64,000 bases of DNA from Ascidiella aspersa (taxonomy: Eukaryota): NCBI GenBank assembly GCA_963924565.1, contig OZ004613.1, positions 25,048,001-25,112,000 of the forward strand, read 5' to 3'. The notes below the pieces were generated by a model. It was not told where the DNA came from. It was given only the letters and a program-made list of their open reading frames with translations, and did no database searches. Each line of letters opens with the position of its first letter. Position 1 is the first letter of the stretch. The translations under genes were made by a program, and so were the position numbers. Positions 1 through 15,300 of this stretch are shown here, piece by piece.

Positions 1-235
1 GAAGAGTTATTTCAGTATTTGAATTCAGTATTTAGTTCAGTTTTGCAGGTTAGTATAATTTAGTTCAATCCCTATAAAAAAATTAGCTTTAAGATTCCGC
101 AAAAAGTTATGAACCTCTCGATTTTGCTTTCCGTGATTAACGACGACGCTTTTGTCTTTTTAGAATGGTCAACCTCTAGAGTGGTGAATCCACATTCCAC
201 AGGCTTAGTAAAACCTTGCTTCCTTGCAATCGGAC

Positions 236-338
236 ATGGACTGTAAGCTGTGCGCCTTTCTGGAACTTCTGCTGCTGCTCGTGATTTGGAACGGACCAAT
301 CGCCAAAGTATCCGCGAATCCTTGCTTATCCTTGACAG
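236..338 (+). CDS. RTK exon 1: signal peptide MDCKLCAFLELLLLLVIWNGPIAKVSANPCLSLT
   Basis: ATG at 236, hydrophobic core, donor ACAG|GTAAAA, phase 1 matching the next exon. An upstream polypyrimidine acceptor (tttgtctttttag, 151-163) suggests a 5' UTR exon or trans-splice site. Confidence 0.7.
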
Positions 339-3300
339 GTAAAACATGTAAATTCGCATTTTTATGCGTAATTTACGAAACATGGCAGTGGGCCAGAGAG
401 GTTTTTGTGAAAGCTCCGTAGAACTAAAGGTTCGAAGAAACAGTTAGCGTCTAAGAAAACTAATTTTCGTCAATAAATTGACGAAATACTTATTTAAGTC
501 AACTTGTTTGGGGGTCAATTTGCTATTGGCATTGTATTTATACAAAGACTGTAGTTGAATTTGTTATGCTCTTAAATATGTTGGTTAAATGATCATCGGG
601 GTATTCGTGAACAACTGGTTATAAATTGGTTGATTCAAAATTATTTTTTTTGATCAAACACGATTTTTTGTGTCTTAAAACCTGTACGGCCTGCATTAGT
701 ACGAATGTGCAGCTAAGCCAATCCAGGACACGGCACATTTCTTGTAAAATCGCCCAGAATTCGTGATATTGGTCCGGACAGACAGAAAGAGAAAAGCAAC
801 CGGCTTGTTTCAACGACCACGTGTGTATGCCGCAGGTTTAAAAGTCGGGTAGCACTTGGCGTTACAAAACTCACGTACTGTGTTTCTCAAATGTTCCACA
901 GCAGCAATGTAGAGTTGAACGTGCGCTTTGATGCTGGCCGATAAATGCGAAATCCGGCCAAGAGTTAATCGGGATTAGAGAGCAGTTAGTACCAGGGCAC
1001 GGTCACCTGAGCAGTCCTGTTGTTCCCATCTCCTTTATCGGCGGAAAAATGTTGTCTCTGTTTCTTTCGTCTGCATAAAGCAGTGGTTCTCAACCGGGGT
1101 GCCGCGGCGCCCTGGTGTACCATTTCTAATGCTTAAGAGTGTCGATAAGTATTCGAGAATTTTTAAGAATCTGAATTTTGTTCAATTGTTAAGCTTCTTG
1201 ATACAACTGTTTGTGTAACCATGCGATTAGAGACCATTATATCAAATGACATTTTCCAACATGTTTTAAGTTGATTCCGTTGTCCCAGTTCCATTAATAG
1301 TGACACTTCAGTAAAACACTTATCGAAAATTCAAGTAGGATTGCCGAAAATCGATTTATTATATTAGAGGTGTGCCCGTAAGCCATTAAAGGTTAAAAAT
1401 CACTCGCTTAAAGCTTTACTTTTGTGTCCTCGCTTTCCGCAACTGCTAATCTAAACAAACGGCTGTCACAAACGCAGCGTTTGACCGCGATTGCGTTGCG
1501 CATTTGTTTACGTTGTGTTTTTTAGGCCGACACGTTTTTGGCGACAATGCATGATGCCGGCTTAGAGACGATCGCCGTGAATAAAGACAAAATAGGTTCA
1601 TGGGTTAACATAATTTATATTTGATTTTTCAATGACCAAAGCAAATAATTTTGTTAGCTTACAGATTAGTATTTTTTAAAGCGAACCTTAGAATATATGT
1701 TGTGCATAAAAACCGAATGTGAATTTCTGCCAAAAAATCGACAACTTGGTGATGCAATTTTGTAAGAGCGCACACAGGTGGCCACGCGAATTAAGCGTTG
1801 TCGGTTTGCGTGTTTGTTGTTTGTCTATTAAGCGCAGCCAAATTTGGTCACAGTAGGACGAGGAAACGCTGCAAGGCCACCTTTACCGAAACACCCTGTC
1901 GATATGCGAAGTCATTAGACCGATATGCATTGCGATTTCAAAGTTTTTCTCACTTCTTAGATCCACGCTGATGTGAGTTTCCCGCACCGCTAGCCTATTC
2001 GCTTGAACACTATATGATGTCCCTGGCTTTATTTTATAAATCGCCTTGCGAAAAAATGCTGCAGTAAAAGTCGTTAATCAATCAGAATCATGCTAGTTTT
2101 TCAAGCGGGCCACGAACTAGCTTACTGTAGGCCCTGAAGCAGGGTCGGATTCCAAAGGCTAAGACTGGGAGTAGGACTGAATGAGGCCATACACTAACGT
2201 ACAAGTAATCTTATCGTTTGTCTGTGTGTTGTTTTTGCCCTATGTTCACTATTGCGTTTTCACTCACTGTTTTTGTGGGCAACAATTCGGTTAACGTGAG
2301 AAACGCTAGCCGTGGTTTGGGGGTGCGATTAGTGGAAGTTTAAGGCATATTTGTCCTTCCCAAGCCTGTAGCATAGGTTATTCGCGTCCAACGCTCTGTT
2401 TAACGGTCCAAGGGTGAGGCGGAAGATGTTTATATAGGCGTAAAAGTGCACGCGATGTATGAACGCGGTGTATTGAAAGAACTATAGACTAATCGGGGCC
2501 GGATTTGGCGCAGCGCTGTATACATGACAACAAGCTGGTCCACGGGTTCAAACCTTATGCAGGTAAAACACAAGGAGATACTGTTGTACCTGCACATCGA
2601 AAGCGTGCTGCTGTAAGGGTGGGGCAAGGTGGGGATACTACAGTCGCGTCAGTGGAGTCACGTTGTGCTTTCTTACTAAGGTGTACAACCCATGACGTCT
2701 ATTTCGCGAGTTTGCATTGCTTTGGCATGAAGTAAGCGGGTATATAGTCCAGGATAAGCTTTACCGTCTACATCATTTCAAGTGAATTTTTTAATTTTGC
2801 AGAAAGTTGAACTTTTTATTCAACTAAGCTGACACGTGTTTTTCAAATTATGTAGGTTTAAAAAAACTTGCTAACCGCCTAAAAAGACTATTAACATAAT
2901 ACTCTTTCAGTTTCCTATACATGTATCAAATTGCATTTTCGTAAATGTATGCATGTCGATAAAGCCAAACTTTTTTTTAATTTTTCAGAAAAACATAAAA
3001 ATTAGTACTCCTGTACTGTCGTTGCAAAAGCGGTGTTTAATCAGAAGTGCGATCACTGCTGAGTTAATTTGAACAGAATCTCACACGCAAAGCGATTTTA
3101 GCTTGCTTGGATTTACACCAGACGCAAACCGCGTTTGAAGGCATATTGCATGTCACGCTGGCAATTAAGCCCAATTAAATATACTGAGTGCCGTGCGGCC
3201 TAAACTGGCGGTCGGTCCACTTTGCGATGGGATTTTAAAACGTCCCTTCTGAGAATTCGCGTTTTTTGGACAATAGAATGTCGATTTTGTCGATTTGTGC

Positions 3301-6300
3301 TTTTCTGAAAAGCAGTTTTAACGACTGTGTGTATTGTTTTATTACGCTGGTAAAAGTCCTCCGAAGAAACCTTGTCACACTGACATAATCACGTCTGTTA
3401 AGATTAACGATGTTTTTACAAACTTTATAATCTTAATTTAGGCCAAGTCGTGATTTAATTTATTCAACTTTTCAAGTTTTGGAAACTAACGAGATATAGT
3501 AAAACAGCGTTAATCGGTATGTTATATCAAAACAGGCTTTTTTGAGCAAACAAGTTCTATTGTTTTCTCAAATAAGTTTCTACATTTTCGGCTTGTGAAT
3601 CGCATTTCATTGACGTTTAGAGATGGACAAAAATATACAAAATATTACAATCGGTGAAGCAAATTAACTAACGGAAAATAACAAACGGAAAATATACGTG
3701 GACTTAACTAGTGAGTTAATGAAGTGTCAAACTAAAGCAAAACAAAAAAGGGACAAATGCCCTGGATTACTAGTGTAATGCGTAACACCCCACCGACGAC
3801 ATGTAAAGACGCCTGATTCAGCAATTGCGTGCTAACAGACGCCGCGCATTGACCGTGATCGCTCTGTCAACTTTGCCCAGGCGCCGCTGAGCCCCTTTTA
3901 CGCCGCCTCTGGAGATTGCACAGTCACGCAGGAAACGTACCATGCACTGCACCCCCAACCCTCGAACGAAACGCGCCTATGCGTTCAATAAGTTAAACGG
4001 CGCCTAAAACGTGCCGCCGCGACAATTGCCACGCACAATGTTGTGCGATTCTCGGAAAGCCGTCGCACTATTATTATTATCGGTCTGGCGCACTTTGCAA
4101 GTCGCCAGCAGTGCACCCGTCTGGGTCCGAACCGCAAATCTATTAAAGGCTGTACGTTTTTTGGCACGACTTGGCCCAATAAAACTGTGGGTCGTGATTC
4201 TGCGCGGCTATTTGCGCGGCCAGTGCGTGCGTTTGTGTGTTTTGGGGGCTATGGTGTGTGTATGCAAACTCACGACCATTTTCAGCGTTGTATGTCAGGT
4301 TCACCATAACGTGAAATGCCTCCCAATGTCGCTAATGTTGGGCAAAGTGTATGTCGTGTAAAATTGCAAGCACCCTGCAAGGCGCGATGCAGAAAAGCAA
4401 CCAAAACAGTAGAATCTCGAACCGATTAAAATCCGTGCTTTCTAGGAACGGGTCGCCATTAACGCTTGGATGCTGACGTGCTTGTGTGACATTAATCGAT
4501 CCGGAACTTGGGGTGTTGAGCAAATGCTAACAGAGTCGAGGCTGTATACAGCAGTCGCCCCTTCGCACGCATAACACAATTTAGCATTTGTGCCAGGCGA
4601 TCACTGGGGCCGTTGAACGAATTTTGTCTTCGAAATGAACTCACAGTGTTTCAATTTAACCTCTCTAATTAAAAATATCCCTCGGAAAAGTTTTCGAAAG
4701 TCGACTCTGCTATCAGTAGGTACTTTCCACTCGATCTCTACTAAACTGTGGTGTATTTCCGTACCGTATTGGCTACATATTTTTGTACATACTTGTTTTT
4801 CCGTACATACGTTTAAGTAAAGGAGCTGCGTATTTTTGGCGTTCTGTCGTTTTAATTACGGATAGGCCTTTAAGATTCAGATTACAAATAGGTCGGTTCG
4901 AGATGTGTTACACGAAGTTCAAGTATGTGTACACTGTACACTTACCATGTTTATACATCGTGAGTGGTCATGAGTTCGATTCTCACCGCAGGCTATTATT
5001 TTCGACCCCTTGGCCTGTACGAAAATCTGCAAAAGTCTCCCAAAAGTCTACCGTTGGATTATTAATTATTATTGATGTGGCGCCGTTACAATTGGACAGT
5101 TGGTGTTCGTAAGGGCCCGAATCGAGATGTTGCATACACTTAAGGTTTTAAATTTACAGCAACATTAAGATAAACCCGTTATAGCTGTAACGTATGGAGA
5201 TGAAATCATTTCCGAACTTGAGCCGATTCCTCGAATGGAGCCTTCTTCATTTCACGTTGTTTCGCTGATAATAATTTATTTCCACGATAATCTTTCCGGA
5301 CATCTTGTCCATATACAGTCGTTTGGTCGAAATGTCCACCTTCGCATTGTTTGTACAAGATGCTGGCTGAAACGTGCACAGCCAAGATTGACACAGAACT
5401 CACGTTTTTTTGGAGTTGGTGCTTCGATAAGTCTCGTTTTGTTTTTTTCTGTGTGAACAAGGTTAATAACAAAATAATACCATTTAACATTTCCTTTTTT
5501 GTATACCCTCTTTTGACTCTAAATGTGCTTTACTACACTACTAGAGCTTCAAAACATTCTACTTTTAACTCGCGGATTAGCAAAATTGCCTTATCTTGTT
5601 ATGTAGACATTTGTCATGGGAACAATAAACTTGTGTTTCTGCGCCATTTACTGTAAATGTAGGATTTATAGGTGTGTAAACGATACCTCGCGTTTGTTTT
5701 AAGTATTTTTATAGTTTGTTTAGAATTAATAGTTATTAACTCATTCAATGTGATTGAATACTATAGCTTTTGCGAAAAAAGAAGGATAAACTTTTTTATG
5801 AATATTTAATTATTATATATAGTTGGGTGTTCTGGAAAGGTAACAATATTGTCATCTGTCTTCAGAAAAGATGACAAAAAATACGGCTTGTGGCCTACAT
5901 TTAACCAGTTAAATAATATATCTTTGAAATCAGTGACTCATTCGCTATTTATACAAATTGCTAAGTGAATGTGGGGTCCGATTGGACTTTTAGTATAGAA
6001 ATCCCGTGACGCTATTTCCGGCTTATGCACCCGTTTAGCCTTGCAACGAAAACCTAAGAAGTGTTTTTTTCAATGCAATTGTACAGACGTTCGCATGACG
6101 TCATATTACGACAGTTTGAGTACGTCACTTATTTGGGGATTTCCCGTGTTTTGTCGCGCTATAGTAGCCATTATCACAAATTCGCGTTAAAACATTTAAA
6201 CCTGGATATGTCCAATATTTACTATTTTAATATACCGATACCCGTAATTTTACCAAATATAGGAATATCTATGACGGAATAATCAAATTAATGGTATAAA

Positions 6301-9300
6301 AACGTGAGAATGTAATATTTTCAGGTTGACAGGCAAAAATTTTCGCAAGCGTGAAAAGTACGTTTCGAAAATAATAGAATACAACTGGCGATAAACGGAA
6401 TTTCGCTTGATAGGCTGTAGTAGTAAGAGCACGGTAAACCTGATCTGGTTGTTTCCGAATTTCAGCCACGGGCGCTGTAGGGTATAAGGCGGCGAATAAC
6501 AGCCGCCAATAGGCCGCAAACAATAGACGGTGGGATAAATATCGCCCGAAATGCCGTCACGACACAGCGTGTGCGGTTCAAGACCAACACTGACTTAAAT
6601 GTCGTCAGTTCAACTTCTGTATAAAATCTGTGATTAGCGAGACGCTAGCTTTGTTGCTGTTTGTCAAGCTCCTATTCGCTACGGTTTCCGAGTAAGGCGA
6701 ATATAATTTCCCCGTGTCCTCTCGCTTGAACTCGCTGGCAAATAAAGTCTGGATCTATGGCTATCTATGGAGTTGTTTTGTTTTCGCCTATTTGTTTAGG
6801 TTTGCGTGGGTTCGGTCGCTATGAATTAAGAAAGGTTGAACTGGTAGCGGAAGTAGCTCGGTATAAATTTGTAATCTCCTCTTTCTTGCAAGTTCGTACC
6901 TAATCCCTTAGTGAAGCATCGGATCTTGACATTTGCTTTACAACAAATATAGTTTGCATTTTGACCTTAAGTTTTTAATAAGTTTGGTGTGACTTAATAA
7001 TGACAACAAGCAATCAAAGTAACTTTCTGTTAGGTATCAGGGAAATCTTAACGTGAAATTGCTATCTTATTTTTAAGGCACCGACATTGCAATGACGCCT
7101 CCAATGTACGGACCGATATTTGCCAGTTGAACAATTGATTTTTGTCATTGTTGTTAAAGTTATCCCTTCGGTCATTCGCCTGTGCATTATACATAACTTT
7201 CGCAAACCCTCTGCACGTTTTCTAATGCTTGTCCTTTTCGTTTTGGCATTTTTGTTCAGTAATTTAGGCTTGCATATGTATGTATCGCTATTGTCTTTAA
7301 GTGTCGTTTGATAGCACGAAAACATGTGAAGTAAAATTGGTAACGTTGTGCCAAAAGTTTCTTCCAAAATGTAATTTTGTATCTCTTGTGTGACATGGTA
7401 AATCTATACAATGCCCAGACGTTGACTTTTATTAATGACTCTACCGTTTCGGCTTCCATTAGCAAAAGCATATTTCATCAGGGCCATCCATTGTCGTCAT
7501 TTCCGTGCTTTAAGCTGTACGCCCATTCCAAATTTCCTGGTCGACACTCTTACTAAAATAGCTTTCAGGAATTACATTCATTCAACCTTATCTCAATATT
7601 GGATTTTAAAGATTATACGAAAATTATACAAAAAAAAAAGACTTTTTACGTTCTCGGCCGGAATTGATATATTTGCAATTAAATATTTTTCAGTATTGAA
7701 TTTTACGAGACAACTAAAATAGAGCTTACTATAAAATGAATTCACGTAAATGATCTGTGATTTATTAGATCAACGTTTTTAATTCCTTTGTTATTCAAAA
7801 GGAATTTGTCTAACAAAGAATCAGGATTGTTAAGTCTCAAGTACAGGCCACAGGTCCAAAAACTGTCATGCCTAAAAAATCATGAAAAGTCGAACGTTTG
7901 CCATTAACGCTGAATTGTTTCGAACCCGTTTATCGTTATCAACTTTTCACCTTTGGGTTGGCCTATTCCTAACTGTCACCCGTTGCTTTTAAAGTTTTTT
8001 CAGAAATATATCCTTCATTAGCCTGGTGTTAAATGGTATTAACTTCGTTGTGTATTGAGGCCAATAAGATTTTTTATAATTTTTGGCAATGATGAAAACA
8101 ATGTTACCCAAACGTGTTTTAAAATGTTTAAAGCCATGATTAATTTAAATTAATGTTTTTAAATAAGCTTGGACTTTTTTCTGATTTCTTGGTCAGCGTG
8201 TTTCAATGCACTTCTACCAGCATATGTATAGCTTAAGCAAGGTTAAAACCGGTTTATAGAACAGTTAATAATTTTTTACTTTGTAAAACGGCAATTTACC
8301 AATCTCTCAAGTTCAAGTGTGTTTTTAATTAGGCACAGCAAAAAACTCTGATTAATATTCCAATCGTAAAACACTGTGATGTTTTACAGTATTGCCGCAG
8401 AAAAACAGCGCGAAATAAAAAAAAAACAAAAGTCGGTCACCTTTACCGTTTAACCGGCTCAATAGAAATCAAGAGAACATAATCGCACTTGATAACCAGA
8501 TGTGGTTTAGCTTTAGAGCAAACGACTATAGTTGACGTGCCCAGACATTGTTTTCTCCCACTGTACACGGAACAACGATCGCACGAATGTTTATTTGCGA
8601 ATTTATTTCTATTTAAAGTGAGTCACGCCACATCTAGACGTAGAAGCAACCGGTCTCTTTTTTTCCTTCTGTGGTCCGAAAACGGCACCAATTCAGGCTA
8701 TAGGGAATTTTACTTTTGCTCGGCCACAATTTTAGGAACGTGATACGGCCAATCAGGGTTATTTTTAAGGTTTGGTTTGGGTGACCGCTAAGTAGTTTTG
8801 AGAGACCGCAAGTGTTTCATTTAAATACCAAAAAGTTCAAAATTTGGGAAACCGCTGGAGAAAGTTGGGAGACCGTTTCGGTCCTTCAAAACACCTTGAA
8901 AAAACACTGCGGCCAATTAATGTCGTCTTCAAACTGGGTAGAAAAAGTATGTTAATCCGTTGAGTTGAGTCGATACTATACTTCTTATATATTCTTAAAA
9001 AAAAACGAATTAATGCTTTCATCAACAATCAAAGTCCAATGTTTTACAAAGGGAATAATCGCCACGAATTAATGTTCACCGAGAAGATGCTATTGAGCTT
9101 TACCGTGATGATCGAAGTAATGCTATGGAATGTTCATGTCATAATTGGTTTCCATAAAAAATACATTTCTTAAAAGAACACGTTGGTTCCCTTTGAAGCT
9201 AAAGATAATTATTTAAACACAATGGTGATTAGCATTGGCCAAGCCACATTTCATATTAAAATAATCCCCACTGTTGACGCAAACTCTTGATCTAATTTAC

Positions 9301-12300
9301 TAGTGATCTATGCACAAAACGTGCAGGCCGTCCTCGCCCAATATTAACATACTATGCCAAATCAAGGACGCGGTGCGTTTTCGCCTATCAGCGTATGTAA
9401 TGTGCATGGGCCAAAACCCGTCTACAAAGCCTAATTAGTCGTCATAAGTGGTTTCCATCTTTGAAAACTAACGGGAAATCGGAGAAAATGGTAATAACTT
9501 TGGTTCAAGCTACATTTCATAATAAAAAAAATACCCGCTGTTAACGCGAACTCTTGATCTAATTTATGAGTGGTCTATGCACAAAACGCTTATTCCGTCC
9601 TCGCCCTATACAAGTTTACAATATAGTAAACCAAATCAAGCACGCGCTGTATTTTCTCGGTAATGCCTTTCGGCCCAAACCCGTCTTCAGGGCCTTATCA
9701 GTCGAGCCTTGGTGGAAACAACATGAAATCGGGCTCGACACGTTACTTAAACCGCTTTCACCTACAGGCCGCGAATATAGCAGCGCGGTTGCACCTGTGG
9801 TATTCTTCTTTGGTCGACACGTTTTGTTAAAGGTTGGCGTTGACACAGAGCGTTAGCGTGGCCAGGTGGTGCGGCGCGTGTTAGTGGGATTAAGTTGCCC
9901 GCGATTTGTGACGCTACGAAGCCACTGTTTTTACTGAATATACCTCGCCGCAAAAACGGCCGCCGTCGGCAAACGATCGGTATATTTGCTGCATACGTTG
10001 CTCTTCTCGGATGAACGCTATTATGTATTCCTGTGCTTGCCAACCTTTTTTAGAACATTACACAGTTTTACGTTTACTGAAGAACTTGTACACGCCAATC
10101 CACGCAATGCACTGAACGTATAGAAACATACACGCTGTTGTACTGCAAAAAGATTTGTTTACCGTTATGAAGAACCAGTTAGTACCTAACAAAACGATTT
10201 ATCAAGAGAAATATTTTGTTATGATGTTACAAATAGAATATATTTACTCTATTCATATTGTAGTATCTTACAAGCTACGTCGCTTAAATACATGTTGTGC
10301 CACGTATTAAGCACTCCAGCATTCAGTCTGGTAATAAACGTGTTTGTTCATTATGATACCTGATCACAGGCTTAATGTAATGCGGTATCTTGTACACCCC
10401 AGTACACCTCATCAATGTGGTACACCATTTAACAATTTTCTAGTACATCCTGAGGTGTACACTACACCCGGTTAAAAAGCACTGATACAATCGAAGCCTT
10501 TTTGTGATGAGTAACTTTTAAAAAGCATGCTAAGTTCGCAACACAATTCGAATGACCCAACTGTCAACTGTCTGTTTGTCAAAATCAGTGGTTGCTAAAC
10601 TTTAGTCTCCTTATCTAAGCTTTTTAGATTTTAATTAAGTTTTTAACAAAATAACAATGGAGGACTTGTAAGCAAATATTGACAAAAATACATTTTCATA
10701 AACAATAAAACAAAAAGATGATATATCTTGTTAAAATAGTTACTGTGATTCTTTCTAAGCAACCAAAAAATATTATTTGCTGAAATTCGCTGTAAACAGT
10801 CAGCAAGTCGATTCTTGTTAAGAGTGATGCATACAACTGCTGGCTATAAAACCTCCAAAACGAATTAAATTCCATTAAAACCAAATCTTTCAATAAATAT
10901 CTTTTAACAAACATTTTAATAAATAAAAAACGGTTAAATATAGCTTTAATTTTTGTCCATTTTTGCTATTTAGTTTGAAGTCGTTGCTTTAAAACAGGGG
11001 TCAACACACTGCGGCCCGTAATTTATGAAGTTAAATCTACCCGCGACATATTTTCCTAATGAAGTAGAATTGAAATGTGGGCGGATGCAAATTCCCATAA
11101 AATCTTGAATAAATCCTAAACTTGACGACAATTTTTTGACGCTCAGTTATCCGGCCCTTGAAATGAGTTACTTTAAAATACTTTATTTTTAAATACGTAA
11201 ATATGCGTTTGCGTGTATCACGCCTGCGTGGAAATTAAAATTAAAACAAAAACAATCCAATGTAGCGAGCTTCTATTTTTGCGCTCAAATTGTTCCGTTT
11301 CTGTTCCGGGCGTGCTTATATATTTTTAACAAAAAAACCTTTACGCAACGCAACCGCGTAATATCTGGCGCCGAGTCATTTTCCGGCCTCTAAATTTATT
11401 TTGGGCGCAGACGGCAATTAGTGAAAATTGGAATTGTTCGCAAACGATTTTTTTCTCAATGCAGGAATCAGCATGAACTTATCGGATCACGTGACCTTCT
11501 CGCTGCCCAATCGAAGCGATTTGTCGTCCCACGTTATCAGCGTCACTTACAAATGGGACGTAACAGTCGAAAAAGGTATAACTGCATTATTTTGAACTGG
11601 GTGTTTAAAGGCCTATATACAATATTAAACTGTATTAGGTTGAATGAGTGTTTCGCTAGTGCCCTAAAAGGAAGCCGGATAAAATTTGGTAATATAATTT
11701 ATTTTAAGGAAACATTTAAGTTTGTTTGAATTTGTACAGCTTATTTTACACAAAGATCATTGTTGTGTAAATCCGAAATGCGTTTTTAACGACATGTTGT
11801 TTGCACTAAAAAATTCCCAATAAAAAATCTTTTAACTAGCCCTCTTATTTTATTTATTATTTTGCTACCTTTTTTCCATTTAAAGTGTCGACAAAACCAA
11901 CAAAAGCAAATATATTAAAACTGTATTGTTATTTATAAATAATGATCTCATAAAAAGAAAAAACCCTATTCCAAGAGTTCTTTCAACCTTTTACAAGGCT
12001 ATTAGTTTTATCTCAAAAAGCTCGACAACATTACACAAAATTACTTTGGGTAAAAAATTTCCGAAAGATTGCATCACAGAAATGTTCTAAACGCGGTCAC
12101 CGCTGACGAAAAATTGGCACAACAGTTTGCCGTCTTGTTCATAATAATTTTAAATATTTATAGCGAATGCTTTTTTTCTCCCAGGTGTGGACTACGATGG
12201 CTTCCTGTACAGATTTGTTGACACAGACGCAAACACAATCAACAACCTGAACAAGAGAAGCCTGTCTGAGGTTCCGCTAGGTAATTACAAACCTGTGAAA

Positions 12301-15300
12301 TAACATAATAACCTGTGAATAACACCGCGCCTTTAAAAATAGCATACAGTAGCGCTATAATGGCACCGAATTTGCATAGTAGCCAGTCATTTTGGCGGTT
12401 AGAGATACTTTCGCTATCAGCGGACTCCGCTATTGTTAAACTTTTACAAGAAATACTCATTGTGTGAATTCGATTCTTCAAAAGATTACCTCGAAACGCA
12501 AATGGCGATTTGAGCGCTCCATAAGATCGCTATTTCCGGCGCAACAAGCAATTCTGAGATGTAGATTTGTTTGCGGCTTCTAGCTGTGCGCTTTAACGAG
12601 AAGGCTGAGGCGCTTTTAGTTGAAGAATGGAGCGAAAATAAACAGCGAATTATGTTTTATCGCTTTGTTTTGTGCATATTTTGCTCCTAATGCATGTCAA
12701 CCTACTGCTTTGTTTTGTGCAAAGTGCAGGTGTTTTTCGATCGTGCCGATAAGATAAGATTTCCTTTATTCGCGTAAACAAAATTGAATTGTTAGAATAT
12801 AGCAAGAAAGGAAATATAAAGAATGGGAGAGTTGCAGCAGCGATATATAATCTTGCAAAAATGCCTACAGCGCCAAACTTAGCGTCATCTATAATAATCC
12901 AGCTGCATACGTAATTAATTAGCTCCACGCATCTGCGAGAAACAATTAAAAAGACCTACCTTACTCACTGTGTGCGAAGTAGAAAAAATTCCATAGCTAA
13001 GTAGCCAGAGCGTCAATAATACGCGGAATCGGCGACCGGGTTCAGCCATTTTGTTTGTCTCTACATATTATCGCGGCGCTATAACAACGCGTTCGGTTCG
13101 CGGTATTCGGGGAAATCCCACCCAACCAATCGCGCCGCGGCATTAAAGCTTGAGAGCCTTGTTGCTAAGCCTTCACGATACAACGCCGCGAGGGTTATTC
13201 TTTTGGCCGCCGCGGCTTGCGAGCTGCCCGACACAGCACATACGCGCTTGTTTTTTCGACACCTGTTTTCCCTTCTTTGTACGAATGCGGCTTCGGGATT
13301 AGGCTGATCAACTCAGCGAAGCCGCCCTTTGTTTTTGCGCAAGTTTGATCGCCTTGTAAGTAATATTAGTACGTGCGGTTACTTTTACGTGGCCAAATTA
13401 ACTTGTCGTATTGGGGATACAAACCAGAGTTTTAGATCCACAGCTGTCTAAGGATTCATTTGAAAACCCATTTAACATATTTAATTGCTTTCCATTACCT
13501 GAAGATGATACAATTTCGTATCGAAACGTCTTAATCAAGATGATGTCGATCTACTCGGTTTGAAATCCATTATCAAATTTTTCATTTACTCCAATTAAAA
13601 ACAAATTCGTTTGACCGACCGGATTGTGGTCTCGCAAATAATGTTTAATTTTAATTATAAAAAATGGATTAGCTCCATATTTACGTCCAGCGATATGAAG
13701 AATATACTGTGGCATGATATCCGGTATCGATTCCTATCCGATAGTATCAAAAATTGCTGCCGTGCTTGTACTAATAAAGGCGCTTAATGACACAACTTAC
13801 AACCGTCATTCTCGTGCTGCAGTTAAGCAAACAAAAAAATCCTGGAAACAACATTAGTTTAAGTTCGTTTAATTGCCATTTGTCCTTTTTTTTTGATATT
13901 TTTTTTGTATTTTTACACAGAAGATTTTCCCTCTAGCTTGGTTCCTTTGCCCAGCAGTCCTCGCGTTGATTTTGCGTTACTGAGGTAAGTGGAAAATGTG
14001 TCGATGTTTGGGTGTTAAATATAGACACTTTTGCATAAATGCCAACAGCGGGCTCCACTTCTCAAAATCTGACTCAAGGTTCCCAGGCAATGATTAACGT
14101 CGCTTTGTTGTGATTATCTCGCCCGAACTAAATTTAGATACCGAAAGGAGCTAAGACTGTAATTGCGGGTGGGAACAAAACAAGGATTTAAACTGTTGCT
14201 TTTAGAGCGTATATAGGTATTTGTTATGTTTAAGGGTTTTTTTGTCTCCTTTTATGATCCTAGATTGGAATTGTATAACAACTTTAAATGTTTTTATATT
14301 TGATAAATGTGACAAATTGTAATGGACATGTGCTCAACGAAATCAGTCGGTCTTCCGGCTTTTCCGAAGGCATCTTGCTCATATAATGTGTGACGTTATC
14401 CTTGGCCAGTACGACTTTAGAAGGACTTGATAACAGATTGTACACCTTGTGTGTATGGATGTTTCGACATCTAATGTATATAACTTTTGTGCAACTAATT
14501 CAGTATTTTAACCATTAAACTTCTACAGACCAAAACTATTGCTGAGCTTATCCTGGTAAATTTGCAAGAATATTGATTTTGTTATTCATCCATCTCATTC
14601 GTTATGTTTAGCTTAAGAAAACATTTTTGCCTGTTTTAGACCATGGACTACAACTTTTAGATTTTGCTATCGTTTTGTTTTGTTACCGTATACTGCATGT
14701 TGCTTGATTCAAATGGTATTTTTTAACATTGCCTATAGATATTTGTTTTTCAATTATCGCTGAATGCCAAAGCTATTGCAAATAGTTTGTGTATGGGATG
14801 AGAACCGCTTATGTTAACCTATAAAAAGAAATAAAAGTATATCTGTTTTCTGACGTATTTTATTTTTTACGTCTTATCGTTGTATTTACTAAAAATGACA
14901 ATGCTACGATTTATTACCTTTATTAATATATACAAGTAAACATTTATAATTACTGCAAATCCATATTTTTTATTAATGCTTTTTTTTGGCTAAAAATATA
15001 ATTTTTGTATAGCGTGTTTCATATTCACATGGGATATAAGCCGCAGTAATTAAATAGCAGGTTAAATAGCAGAAACGATAACGCATACAAACAACAGCGC
15101 GCGTATAACTACATCTTTAACAGAAATATCGAAACCCTCGCAACTGGAGAAAAAACGCCGAGTTTTTATTTTTCCACCCCTTACTTTGACCGCTTTACTA
15201 CCGCATCTTTCTTTCAACACGTTTCAGGTGCCAGAAACATATTGGTTCTAATATTTACGTGACGGCGGCCAACGGCAGCTCAGTGAAATGCGCTTTCCCG

